Shown: positions 1 to 12,971, counted from the stretch's first letter. The stretch is DNA of 64,000 bases from Octopus vulgaris (GCA_951406725.2 OX597817.1:7068001-7132000), one strand, 5' to 3'. The notes: generated by a model from the letters alone, not told the origin. Program-made: numbers and translations.

Positions 1-182
1 TTATCACAGTTCCGAACTGTGAATCCGTAGTTTGGCTCCAGAGAAACTGATTTTTACACAGAGAAGTGTATAAAGCAAGTTATAAATAATGGTCATTATA
101 TATTTTTTCCTTTATTAGAAACAAAAAATATGTAATCACCATTACTTATAACTTGTGTTGTATATATATGAATATATATTTG

Positions 183-494
183 TGAAAGAGGACAACAAAT
201 GCCGAGGCATACTAGCATCTCAATTATATTATTCTTAAATTAGTTGGGCTCTTAAAGCTGTTTATCTGCGAATTTTCTATGTCTTAATTTTTTATCTGAA
301 TATCTACATGTCTTGATCTTTCATATATTCTCTACTCGTCTCAGAGACAGAATACCTCATATTCAGGAATACTCACCTATCACTTGGGATATCCCAGAAA
401 CAGCTGTAAGATATCAAACTAGTTCAGAATAATATAAGATAATGTATATGAATGTAGATGCTTGTTATGCCTCGGCGTTTGTTGTCCTCTTTCA
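183..494 (+). mobile_element. Non-autonomous Penelope-like/retrozyme-like cassette with terminal inverted repeats and a decayed hammerhead
   Basis: 183-220 is the reverse complement of 456-494 (about 3 differences); TA-rich flanks; internal cgtct...atatccca-GAAAC-AGCT-GTA-aga (337-411) matches the hammerhead at 44192-44239, but the CUGANGA box has decayed to cagagac. Confidence 0.55.
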
Positions 495-621
495 AAACTA
501 TATATCAGCTAAATAGGAAGCGTAAAATGGGTCCATTGCTCCCGTCTCAGTTACGAGTTTGGAACCCTAATAATCCGTTAAAGCAATTACCAAGCGTAAC
601 TATTTGTTTAGATCACCAATG

Positions 622-624
<3 letters not shown>

Positions 625-699
<75 letters not shown>

Positions 700-826
700 C
701 ATTCCATGTAGCAGGCTTGAGGATTACCGAGACATTTCTGACTGCAAAGAAACCAATGGTAGCTTCGTTAACCCACAAATATTTATCCACCAATGCAGTT
801 TTGGGTACTGATTTTGACATACATAC

Positions 827-857
<31 letters not shown>

Positions 858-1015
858 CATACATACATACATACATACATACATACATACATACACACAT
901 ACATACACACATACATACATACATACATACATACATACATACATACATGCATGCATACACACATACATACATGCATGCATACACACATACATACATACAT
1001 ACATACATACATACA

Positions 1016-1045
<30 letters not shown>
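625..1045. repeat. Compound microsatellites (TA)n(TG)n and (ACAT)n
   Basis: Directly visible; these explain ORFs 608-1241. Confidence 0.95.
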
Positions 1046-1046
<1 letters not shown>

Positions 1047-1048
1047 GT

Positions 1049-1335
1049 AGGCGCAGATGCGAGTGTGTGGTAAAATTCCTTTTCCCAACATGGTTCCGTG
1101 TTGGCGCGGCACATTTGGCATTTGTTTTCTACTATAATCATAATTCGACCAAAGACTTGTGAGTGGATTTGGCAGAGGGAAACTCCCAAGTATTTGTATG
1201 TGTGTTGGGGTTCTTTTGTTTGTGTTTGTCCCCCCAATCACCGCTTGACAACCGGTAACTTAGCGAGGCCGATAAAGTAACAACAAGGCTTCAAAAATAA
1301 CTCCTGTAATCTGTTTGTTCGACAAAAGCCCTTGG
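1049..1335 (+). mobile_element. Degenerate tRNA-derived SINE, family 1
   Basis: ggcgcag...gtgtgtggtaa head, gaccaaag.cttgtgagtggatttggcaga core and tttgtccccc..cgcttgacaacc body, homologous to the copies at 12057-12489 and 12972-13396. Confidence 0.75.
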
Positions 1336-1735
1336 AAATAGGTGAGATGAGCCATTTCTTTCTTAAAACTATCAATGATGTTCAAATGTCTTTTTTTTTG
1401 TGGAAAATGAGACCTAACAAACACCTAAATATCAAATGAGCTTCAAAGAATTGTTTCAAGCTATTTAAAGGGAGCCAGGAAACAGAAGGCAAGACGGCCA
1501 CTGACTATGCTTCCAGTACGACTGAACTTTGCACATGCGTATTTAGGTACACCAGTAAATACACATGTATATGTCTAGTCAAATACAAAAATAAACACTT
1601 GCATGTTGACTAGTTATGTTTTCCATAGACAAAATGCACAAAATTGATCTTAGTCGACGAGCAGTCTTTGAAGAATTCTCGATCGATTCTCCAAGGACTC
1701 GACATAAAACAGATAGTATTGAGTGGTATATACCA

Positions 1736-1739
<4 letters not shown>

Positions 1740-1832
<93 letters not shown>

Positions 1833-1943
1833 GAGACAGAGAGAGAGAGACAGAGAGAGAGAGATACAGAGAGAGAGATACAGAGAGAGAGATACAGAGA
1901 GAGAGATACAGAGAGAGAGATACAGAGAGAGAGATACATATAC

Positions 1944-1974
<31 letters not shown>

Positions 1975-1991
1975 TACACAGAGAGAGATAC

Positions 1992-2055
<64 letters not shown>

Positions 2056-2090
2056 GGATGGATGGATGGATGGATGGATGGATGGATATT
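1740..2090. repeat. Compound microsatellite (TA)n(GA)n(GACA)n(GATA)n(GGAT)n
   Basis: Directly visible. Confidence 0.95.
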
Positions 2091-2660
2091 CAGAGATATA
2101 GATATATGTATGTAGGCATGTATGTTAGTGAATATCGTTGTCTTTGTGAATAAATAATTATTTGTTTATACGGTTGGTCTACACATGAATGGCGGTGTTT
2201 CATAGAGTTTCTTTCAGAAGCAAAGGAATGGCATAAAAGCAAATCTCGTCATCAAGACATATACGTCAACAACAACGGCATACACATCACTTATTGACCA
2301 AAAAGAATGTGCGAATATGCGCTACACAAATATATATGCACATACACACACATATGGATACATATATACGTATATATTTGTTTATGTATAAGTGTGTATG
2401 TCTGAAAAATGTGAGTGTAAATTAATGTTGAATCTAATTACTAATAAATTTTAGGTGTCGTCTTTATTGGTGTCACATTTGATGAGTACCCACACACACA
2501 TACATACACATATGTGTGTATTATGTATATACACACACAAAGAAGTGCATGTACGTACATACACACACATGTGTGTATATATATATGTCTGTGTGTGCGT
2601 GTATATATATATATATATATATATATACAAACATGGATGTAAACATTTCTATACATAGCG

Positions 2661-2718
<58 letters not shown>

Positions 2719-3062
2719 TAATTCTTATGTGAGTGTACGTGTGTGTGTGCGTGTGTGTACCTCACAGTAGATATATATAATGTATGTATGTATATCATTT
2801 TCAGCGCTCGTAATTACATACTAATTAAATTTTAATCAAAGTATACCTTTTCCTTATTTTAAGCTGCTAAATCGCACCAAAGAAAAATAACGACTAAACA
2901 AAATAACACAATGCGGAAATATAGTTTTTTTTTTTCATATTTCGGTTCATATATGTGTCAGCTTCCTTGTACATATATACGTACATGCGTGAGTGCGCAT
3001 GTGTGAGCTTGCGTATATTTGTACGCGTGTGTGTGCGTGTGTCTGTGTGTGTGTGCGTGCGT

Positions 3063-3104
<42 letters not shown>

Positions 3105-3216
3105 CTATGTCTGTACAACTGGTGATGAGAGATTTAGTGAGAGGCAGAGTTTGACCTGAATGTACATATGTATACAAGTATATATATATAAATGTATATA
3201 TATATATATATATATG

Positions 3217-3267
<51 letters not shown>

Positions 3268-3270
3268 GTA

Positions 3271-3329
<59 letters not shown>

Positions 3330-3674
3330 ATGTATGTACGTGTGTGTGTATTTTCGTTAAATAAATATTCACAAATGTTTATCAACGAATTCATATATGT
3401 TCGAATTTAAACATATAGTATATATGTACGATTGTATGTGCATATGCTTCATCCATGTATGTATGTATGTATGTATGTATGCAATGCATGAATATATGTG
3501 TGTCTATGGAAAATCTGATGCCTGTATAAATATTTAGAAATTGTAGTGATTAATGTTCGAATAATTTTGTTTCCATTTTATCTTTCTTTTCAATATGTCC
3601 ATCTTTTAATAAACATTTCTATTTCTATGCATAGTATGATATTTCTTTATTTTCTTTAGTATTTTTTGATTAAT

Positions 3675-3704
3675 TGTTGATATTGCTGTTGCTGTTGTTG
3701 TTGT

Positions 3705-3771
<67 letters not shown>

Positions 3772-3784
3772 GCTACTACTGCTG

Positions 3785-3834
<50 letters not shown>

Positions 3835-3836
3835 GT
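3675..3836. repeat. (TTG)n/(CTA)n trinucleotide repeat
   Basis: Directly visible; source of the poly-L ORF. Confidence 0.95.
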
Positions 3837-4007
3837 TATCGATCCAATCTGCTTTACACTTATTTTCAGAATTTCATCTGACTTTGTTTTGTACGCTTAT
3901 TTTTCATGCGTGTATTTATATTATCCTTGATGTTATACGCTTAAAGTATTAATATTTGAATGAAATATATAACTAAAAATAATTAACTTGTACTGTTTAT
4001 GCTATCT

Positions 4008-4081
<74 letters not shown>

Positions 4082-4109
4082 GTGTGTGTGTATCTGTGCA
4101 AGATTGAAT

Positions 4110-4146
<37 letters not shown>

Positions 4147-4738
4147 TATGTGTGTGTGTGTATACCCATATATATATATGACGGCACGCACTGTATATTG
4201 AATAGATATAGTTTTGTATATATATATGTACAAACATAAACCTATAGACATATACATAAAAACCCATATATATATATATACACAGACAAATGCATATGTA
4301 TTATATATATATATATAATACATATATATATATATATATACTTGATATTCAAACGTACTATGGTATCATCAGTGAGTCCATTTACAAATACAGAGAACTT
4401 TAGTGGTATCCGTATGTATTCTGATCGTGCACATATCTAATATGCGTTATCACATATTTAATTTACTTCATTATTCAATCACTGATGCATTCGCATTTGT
4501 CTCTTTATGTGTGTGGGAGTGTGTGTATGAGTGTGTATGTGCGTGTATATTTAAATGAGCGTGTGCATGTGTATGTACATATGCAGATCCATATATATGT
4601 CCGGTGCATTTGTATACATACACACATACCCTCATGCTAATATCGGCTTTCAACTAGTGTGAGATAGGCACTAGATACGAGTTTTTATCAATTCTTCTAG
4701 AATTTGTGTAAAAATACATCGATCTGAAACCCGTATAT

Positions 4739-4873
<135 letters not shown>

Positions 4874-6369
4874 GTACGTCTTGTTCAAGCGCTGGTATGG
4901 GACAAACTCATAGGCACACATGTATATATATGTATAACAGTTACACATAGACATACATATACACACGCATACACACTCACGCGCACACATGCACACTCAT
5001 CTACAACGGGTATTCCCAATGTTTTTTGTCTACGAAATTCTCAGAACGCATCAGTCGCTCCAGGGCAATACAAGGAGGTACTTTTGCCACCCAGTTAAAC
5101 CTAACATGAAATAAAGAAATATTTGACTGTCTACTGTCATGCATTTCCATGTTACAAAGACAAATATAATTATATTGCATACCATGCTTGACAAATTTTT
5201 TATTTATTGCATTTATTTTCCAATTGAGAGAAGGTAAACAAATGCCTGGTGAAAATTTTCGTTATCTGTGAAGAGTAGAAATTCTCGTCATGCAAGACTT
5301 CACTGTAGTTGACATGCTGTTCAAGGAAAAATACTTTGTTGTTTTTTTTGTGGAGAAAGGAGGACGGCTCTGGGTATATTTTATTATTTTAAGAGTTAAT
5401 TTAGCTTTCCATTGCTTGAATTTCGTAAGCGGAGAACAAAGTCTAGCTCATCTGGTGTCAGTATCTTTGTGGAGAGGGAAGAATTCATATTTATTCTCCT
5501 CCATTCTAAAGCTAAACATCCGACGAAAGTCATGTAAAATGGATTTCCAATGTTTTTTGTCTACGAAATTCTCAGAACGCATCATTTACACTTATCTCGT
5601 ACACTTATCACTTGTGACACTTGTGACACATCTCGTACGATATGCTTTTAGCGTTTTGTTTTTCCCTCTCTACTTATGCACATTTGAATGTGTTTGTGCG
5701 TGCCCGTTTGTGTGGGTTGTGGGTGTCATTATGAGTGTGCTTGTATGTGTATGGTTCTTTATTAATTTGCTTGTGTGTGTGTGTGTGTTTGTGTGTGTGT
5801 GTGAGTGTCCACTGATAAAGTATATCTGAAAAATATCGGTGAATATTTCAAAATGTTTTTAATTTCGTTGGCTTAAGTTACTTGTTTTATGGAGAAAGGA
5901 GGACGGCTCTGGGTTATATTTTATTATTTTATAGAGCTAATTTATTCTCCATTACTTGAAGTTTCGTAATGGAATAAGAACATATTGCATATATATATAT
6001 ATATATATGAATCAGCAACTGGTTCCTATGGTATTGCCTATAGATTAAACATCCGACGAAAGTCAAGTAAAATGGATTCCGACATTGGAGTGTCACTGAT
6101 AAGCATTAATGCAATCTGGAATCATCGATGACCTGACACACTCGCTTGCTGCTGTAGGGTGGTTGTTACCCATGTCAGTCAATATATAATTGCTTTGGCT
6201 GTGGCTAAGAGTTGCTTTGACTCTTAATTCTAGCAGTGCTTGTGTTGGCTTGCACACTTATTCGCTTTAGTGACAACTGTAATTCTGGGTTTTGATTTTC
6301 AAATTGCGACTTGCCACACAAACACACACACAAACACTCCCACCCCATATATATTTATATATATGTATG

Positions 6370-6400
<31 letters not shown>

Positions 6401-6408
6401 CAGTAATA

Positions 6409-7010
6409 ATATTAAGTAATTAAGTATTACTTAAACTTTCCTCGAATGAGGCTTTTACATGCCGAAATCTACTTGGTGAAATTAATGATTATTCCAAATT
6501 AATTAATTTCACCCTATATTATTACTGATAACCATATTTCATCCCAGTAAATGACCACAACATCTTGTCTTGGCTGCACGCTGGTGGGAGGGGGTTGGTG
6601 ACACAAACTTTCATTCACACTTTGAATTTGGTGATACTGGTAACGGCTTTAGCTCGCTCTGATACTGAGTTGAGATGATGCCTTCTAGTACCTCGAAATT
6701 TAATATACAATTATTCATAATTGTAGTGTCCTACGCTGATGAGAAAAGAAGTTGGGTAAGACATAATTATCTAATTCTTATGCTTTCCTAAAACTTAATT
6801 TCGAAACGTACGTCCGTAGGTGACTTAAAATTGTATGATAGTTTGCCGTCATTTCTTTCTCTCTTGCCTGTCTGTGTTTGCCTTTCAAGTGCTGTGGTTT
6901 TACTGAGATCTCCCTTTTAGTAGAAAGAATAGCTATAACTCTTTGACTGCTATTTCTAAATTCGGTGTGTGGTGAGGCAAATCGTTGCTAAACCCTTAAT
7001 TACTTAATAT
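6409..7010 (+). mobile_element. Non-coding hammerhead-bearing cassette with 16-bp terminal inverted repeat in TA-rich microsatellite
   Basis: atattaagtaattaag (6409-6424) and cttaattacttaatat (6995-7010) form a perfect IR; internal hairpin at ~6475-6513; intact hammerhead at 6730-6820. Confidence 0.65.
6730..6820 (+). ncRNA. Type I hammerhead ribozyme (minimal stem III, long stem II)
   Basis: Stem I cctacg (6730-6735)/cgtagg (6815-6820); CUGAUGA 6736-6742; stem II gaaa...tttc (6743-6802) extended by aagtt/aactt and cataa/ttatg; GAAAC 6803-6807, palindromic GUAC loop, GUC triplet 6812-6814. Confidence 0.85.
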
Positions 7011-7083
7011 ATATTTATATATATGTATGCATGTATTTATACATATGTATGTATAAATATTTATATACATATATATATATGTG

Positions 7084-7141
<58 letters not shown>

Positions 7142-7317
7142 TAGGGTTTGGACAAAATAATGGAAACAACATCATAAATTTGAAATATCAATAAAACCGT
7201 CTAAACGTTGTTATTTTATGTTTTTTTTATTTATTATTAGTGCTGCTTAATATGTTTTGCTAAAATTGCTGTTTCTCTTCAGATATCATCAGAAATAGGT
7301 AATTGAAATTCATTAAA

Positions 7318-8325
7318 ATGGCAGATCTATTTAACTTGCAAAGAGGTCAAATTGTCGTGCTCATATGGGAGGCGCTAGCATAACGAAAACAGCCGAAATG
7401 TTTGGTGCATCAAGAAGTAGTTTCGAAAGTAAGATAACCTTTGAGAAAAAGGGTAAAACCTTCTCATCAAGGCAAAACTCCAGAAGAAATCCCAAACTTT
7501 CAGATAGGGACTGTCGGATCACAAAAATACAGCTCCCAAAATCACTGTAGAGCTTAATGACCACCTCGAGGACCCAGTTTCCACAAAAACTGTACGCCGA
7601 GAGCTGCGCAAAGGGGGATTTCACAGGAGGGTTGCAATCAGAAGACCACTACTTTGAAAAGCAAACGTTACAAAGACAAATGTTTAAAGTGGAGTAAAAA
7701 CCTACAGAATTGGTCCCTAGAGCAGTGCAAGAATGTTATTCTTTCGGATGAGCCATCCTTTATCATATATCCGACAACCGGCCGAGTTTACTTATGGAGA
7801 CAACCAAAAGAAGCATTTGATCCAGACTGCCTTCTTCCAACTTTGAAACAGAGAGGAGGATCTGTAATGATCTGGGAGGGATACATCTTGGAAATCCGCC
7901 GGCCCGATGATTTCCCTTCATAACAGAATTAATATTCAAGACTAAATAAGCATATTATCTGATCAAATTCATCCTATGTTTGCAGAACTCTTTCCGGAGT
8001 GAAACACAATCTTTCAGGATGATAATGTACCAATTCACACAGCTAAAGTTCTTACTGAATGGCACGAGGAACATCTTCGTGAAGTTGAACATCTTGTCTG
8101 GCCACCACAGTCATCAGATCTCAATATTATTGAACATTTATGGTGCATTTTAGAAAAACAAATAAGGAGTTGATATTCTCCACCATCATCAGTACAAGAA
8201 ATGGAGACTGTTTTAGCTGAAAAATGGACAAAGTTCCTTTGGAAACAATTCAGACTTTGTACGAGTCCATACCTCGTAGAATTCAAGCTGTAATTACTGC
8301 CAAAGGCGGTCTTACTCCATATTAA
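7318..8325 (+). pseudogene. Tc1-like DD36E transposase pseudogene
   Basis: Across frameshifts and stops it reads MADLFNLQRGQIV..GASITKTAEMFGASR (HTH), NVILSDEPSF (D1), FQDDNVPIH (D2), WPPQSSDLNIIEHLW (E), IQAVITAKGGLTPY*; 36 residues lie between D2 and E. Confidence 0.9.
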
Positions 8326-8366
8326 AATATTAAGATAAATTTGTTTGATCATTTCGGGTAGTTACG

Positions 8367-8410
<44 letters not shown>

Positions 8411-8413
<3 letters not shown>

Positions 8414-8640
8414 CTCTTTTTACTCTTTTACTCTTTTACTTGTTTCAGCCATTTGACTGCGGCCATGCTGGAGCACCGCCTTTTAGTCGAGCAAATCGAC
8501 CCCGGGACTTATTCTATGTAAGCCCAGTACTTATTCTATCGGTCTCTTTTGCTGAACCGCTAAGTGACGGGGACGTAAACACACCAGCATCGGTTGTCAA
8601 ACAATGCTAGGGGGACAAACACAGACACACAAACATACAC
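8411..8640 (-). mobile_element. SINE family 1, 3' half
   Basis: (tactcttt)n tail plus tgtttcagccatttgactgcggccatgctggagcaccgcc..., homologous to 12972-13190. Confidence 0.9.
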
Positions 8641-8690
8641 TTTTTTTTTCTTTCCCTTTTTTTCTCCAACGATCATTTCGGGCAGTTACG

Positions 8691-8732
<42 letters not shown>

Positions 8733-9411
8733 AAATATGTTACAAAAAGAAAAAAGAAACTACACGTGGAAATGTAAGGGGAAAGAAGAAACAAATAAGC
8801 GAAAATGTACTTTGGAAATCAAAGAAAGTAACGGCTTTTTATAAAAAGTAACCATACATATATATAATTAGATGTACTGAGATAGGAATAAGAGTACTAA
8901 AATACATTATTGTGAATTGTTAGAGAGATTCAAACACTATATTATGTATGTATGTGTGTATGTATGTATGTGTGTATGTATATTAATAGTCTGACAAAAG
9001 TTGATTTTTTAGATGTTTCCCTAGACCTAATCTCCCGCTGTTATGTACTGTATCGTAATCCAAGCGAGAAACGCTAACACGTACCAAAACAGTCCTGCCA
9101 CCCCTGTAGTCTTTTAAGAATTGAGAGCATACGTTAGGAATAGGATATCCAATATCCCTTTCTTCGAAATAGGTATTTCAGAAGCAGCTCCCTAGCTAAC
9201 AGATAAGATATATTGTAAACCTTCAAGTAAAACTTTGAATTATAAACATACAAATTAAATTATAAACGTATAAATTGAATTATAAACCTAAAAAAGACCG
9301 AGGAAAATAATTCCCTTCTAAATATTCTATATTGTGTGTATGTGTGTGTTTATGTGTGTGCGTGTGTGCGTTTATGTGTGTGTGTGCGTGTGTGTGTATT
9401 GTGTGTGTTCC

Positions 9412-9566
9412 TTTATGGTAAGAAGCTTGCTTCCCAACCAGCTGGTTTCAGGTTCAGTCCCACTGCGCAGCACTTCGGGCAAGTGTCTTTTATTATGTAT
9501 AAGCCTTAGGAGGCCGACCAGTATTCTGTGAGTGAATTTGGAAGACGGAAGCTGAAAGAAGTCTGT

Positions 9567-9570
<4 letters not shown>
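9412..9570 (+). mobile_element. SINE family 1, 5' half (tRNA head and core)
   Basis: tggtaagaagcttgcttcccaacc...ggttcagtcccactgcg (B box-like)...gtgagtgaatttggaagacggaa. Confidence 0.8.
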
Positions 9571-9600
<30 letters not shown>

Positions 9601-9607
<7 letters not shown>

Positions 9608-9885
9608 AAATAGAAAGATGAATTTTCTTGTGACAGATTATTCAAAGGTTTAACCGATACCTGGGTAGCAAAAATCACAGCGGAAAACAGCGCGGTTGGA
9701 GATAAGACCATTTGGTGTTGCAACCGTGCGTTGGAGCGGATAATTGAAGTTTAATATTATTAGTGAATGGAATAAATGGAGTTGAACGAAGATTGTACAG
9801 AATACCTTTTATTACATTAGAATGTAATAAAAGGTATTCTGTACAATCTTCGTTCAACTCCATTTATTCCATTCACTAATAATAT
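9601..9885 (-). mobile_element. (TA)n-embedded cassette ending in a perfect 65-bp fold-back palindrome
   Basis: Arms 9754-9818 and 9821-9885 are exact reverse complements with a 2-nt spacer; 9601-9818 is homologous to 37957-38150; (TA)n on both sides. Confidence 0.8.
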
Positions 9886-10859
9886 ATATATATATATATA
9901 TGACTAAGTTAAAAATTGTACGTACTCTGTGACTTATTAAAACAAAACCGGGTGTTGTACAATTACAGCATTTTTCGACGTAATCTCCTTGCTCTTCGAT
10001 GCATTTCTCCGAGGTTCACAAAATCGTGTGATGTATGAACCAACATCAACCAGTTCGATCAATTGAGCGAATGCACATTGAAGTAGCAAATTAATAACTG
10101 AGCGTTTTTCCTACAAACATTTGCGCACTTAACGTAAGTCTCAAGTGTGACAAGGTAGTTATTGGTGCAGTCCATCTGATGGGATTCCCCACAGTTCAGA
10201 TCTTTCCAATATCACTTGCTATATTCTTCAAGCGAAGAATATGGCAGAAAGATTTTTATCTAAAATACCACGCAATCGAATCGAACCCGAGTGTCGCATA
10301 ACGAACTTCGTAACCACTAATCCATGCCTTGATCCCAATTGAATACGAATAAAATTAGATGCTGAACCAAAATACGTGCTGTTTTAGGAGTGCTATTCTG
10401 TAGTCTTGGTAGGATGCAAATGAATGTATTTGATTTTAATGTTTGTATCATTAATATGCTATGCACACTGCAAACAATGTTGAACGTGTAAACTAAAGTA
10501 TTTGATAATATCCCTGGTTATAGAGCGTTTCAATTGGCTAAATATTTATATATCCGTATTTAGGAGAGAGCTTTGCGTGCTTTGACAGTTCCGAGTTGCA
10601 AAAGGTTTACTCAAGCAGAAGTACGACCACCTCCACCAACACCACCACCACCGCAATCATCGACATCGTCGTCGGTGCTGTTGTGGTAGATATCATTGTC
10701 ATTGCCATCATCAGCATCATCATCATCGATATCATCATCGTCATCATCACTTTCTTACTAATGAAATAAACATTATTCAACGAGAAAGAAAGTGAGAGAG
10801 AGAGAGAGAGGTAGAGAGAGGAGTAGAGAGAGACCTTCTGGACAGTGTCTCAAGCAGCG

Positions 10860-11030
10860 AGAATCAATAACAAAATCTCCAATTTGCAATTTGCCGTTTT
10901 AAATAAGGGACAAAAGAGACCCTCTAGTCCCTCGTGTAGAAATAAACGGAATGGTCATTGATGGGATGCCTTTCTTCATATGCCTACCGTGTCAAAGCTG
11001 CCATCGGGTTTAACAACGCCAATGACAGTG
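10860..11030 (+). mobile_element. Old dispersed repeat (SINE/MITE-like), with related fragments near 15005, 19230, 25620, 27820, 31630, 43120, 51450 and 58345
   Basis: Recurrent degenerate motifs gaaatagcagccaaatc..ctcaaatca and ggatggtca..gctggaatgcc..ggg(c/t)taaacaac. Confidence 0.35.
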
Positions 11031-11291
11031 AAAACAAAGACAACAAAATGAAATACTCTCATTATCAACAACAACAAAAACGAACATAGTGACATTGAAA
11101 CAACGGAGCAGCTAGACATAGCAGCCACACCACTTTGAAATCATATCCCCCTTTATTATAAACGAGAAACACATTCGATTTTGTTTTCCTTGACAAAGCG
11201 TCTGGAATATAAGAAATAGGATACGGGATGTGTCTAGTTATTGATATTTCTGAACCCGGAGTTGAACAATAACAACAACAACAACAACAAT

Positions 11292-11322
<31 letters not shown>

Positions 11323-12056
11323 GCAACAGCAATACCATCAACAACGGTGTAGACACCATTAGAGATACAAGCCACTATGGATTATGAGAATGTTCAGAAC
11401 ATCAGATGGGGTGTATTGAGTAGACATCGAGAAAAGCGACGTTTGCGTGTGTGTATTTGTGTGTAAATATGTAAAATTGACTTTTATTTTGTGGATGAAT
11501 AAATTCATATTAGTGCATTCGAGTATGTGTGTGTGTGTGTGATTAAGCGTTGCGTGTGTGCATGTATGCGTATGCATGCATGTGTGTGGTGTATGTGCGC
11601 AGGAATTCATTCGTCTACTATGGATTTTGTATTCTGATGGAGGGTAATTTGTGTGTATATGTATATGTATCTGTGTCGATTTGTGTTTAAAGATCGGGAT
11701 TATGAGCACGTATGTATGAATTTATATATACTTATATGTGTCAATTACTCCCATGTTTTTGTTGGTATGCGTAATGTATGAGTGTATATGTGTGTGTGTA
11801 AGAAGAGAACCTATTGATTTAAGGTACGAGCTTGTACATGAACATTTTGATGACTCATTAGACACAACCGGGTTTGTACAGTAACATATTGAATACTATG
11901 CACAGATACTGAAGACAAAAAAACACACACAAATATACGCAGAGACAATGAAGCACATACAAACACTGAAAACCATCCACAAATACACACTGAAGGACAT
12001 GCATATACACACAGGATAAACGGAACACACGCACTTAACAAAGGCATGTACATAAT

Positions 12057-12217
12057 ATGCGTATGAGTGCTGTATGGTAAGTAGCTTACTTACCAACCAC
12101 ATGGTCCCGGGTCCAGTCCCACTGCGTGGCAACTTGGGCAAGTGTCTTCTGCTATAGCCTCGGACCGACCAAAGCTTTGTGAGTGGATTTGGTAGACGGA
12201 AACATCGTATATATGTG

Positions 12218-12250
<33 letters not shown>

Positions 12251-12489
12251 CTGTATGTATGTGTGTGTGTGTGTGTGTTTGTGTGTTTGTGTTTGTCCCC
12301 CAGCATTGCTTGACAAATAATGCTGATGTGTTTACGTCCCCGTAAGTTAGCGGTTCGGCAAAAGAGACGGATAGAATAAGCACAAGGCTTACAAAGAATA
12401 AGTCCCGGGGTCGATTTGCTCGACTAAAGGCTGTGCTCCAGCATGGTCACAGCCAAATGACTGAAACAAGTAAAAGAGTAAAAGAGTAA
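12057..12489 (+). mobile_element. Full-length tRNA-derived SINE family 1 with internal (TA)n(TG)n
   Basis: A/B box-like head, central core, internal microsatellite and 3' tail ...gactgaaacaagtaaaagagtaaaagagtaa. Confidence 0.9.
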
Positions 12490-12900
12490 TACACTAAAAC
12501 ATACATGCAATTATATTAAACATACGCACATGTACACACTTACAAACACGGGAATGAATATTTTTGAAAACATTCAAAATATCATTCACGAAATTTGTGG
12601 GATTTATTTAATACCACAATATATATATATATCTATACACGGGAATAAATGAAACGTACTCTAGCGTACATGCACATACATAGATACGTACACAAACATG
12701 GAACGGATATATGAGACAGATATATTCACACACATACACACACACACACACATTCTGTTACATCCACTGAGACACACATGCACAAAATAACCTCAGCTAT
12801 TGCTGTGAATATCTATTAAGATGACTTGAGAGAATACCTAATCATACGTAAGGTAACATATACACATACAGATGCAAAAATGTAGATTCTCAGTCTTCTT

Positions 12901-12971
<71 letters not shown>

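Larger units (their letters stand above)
7142..8670 (+). mobile_element. Tc1/mariner DNA transposon (decayed), interrupted near its right end by a SINE
   Basis: Left TIR agggtttggacaaaataatggaaac; transposase remnant inside; probable right TIR remnant ctttccctttttttctccaa at 8650-8669 (16/20 match to the reverse complement of the left TIR). Confidence 0.85.

Noticed and set aside
4345-4380. CUGAUGA-tac-cata-gta on the minus strand
   Set aside because: No GAAA or GUH follows, so it is not a supportable hammerhead.
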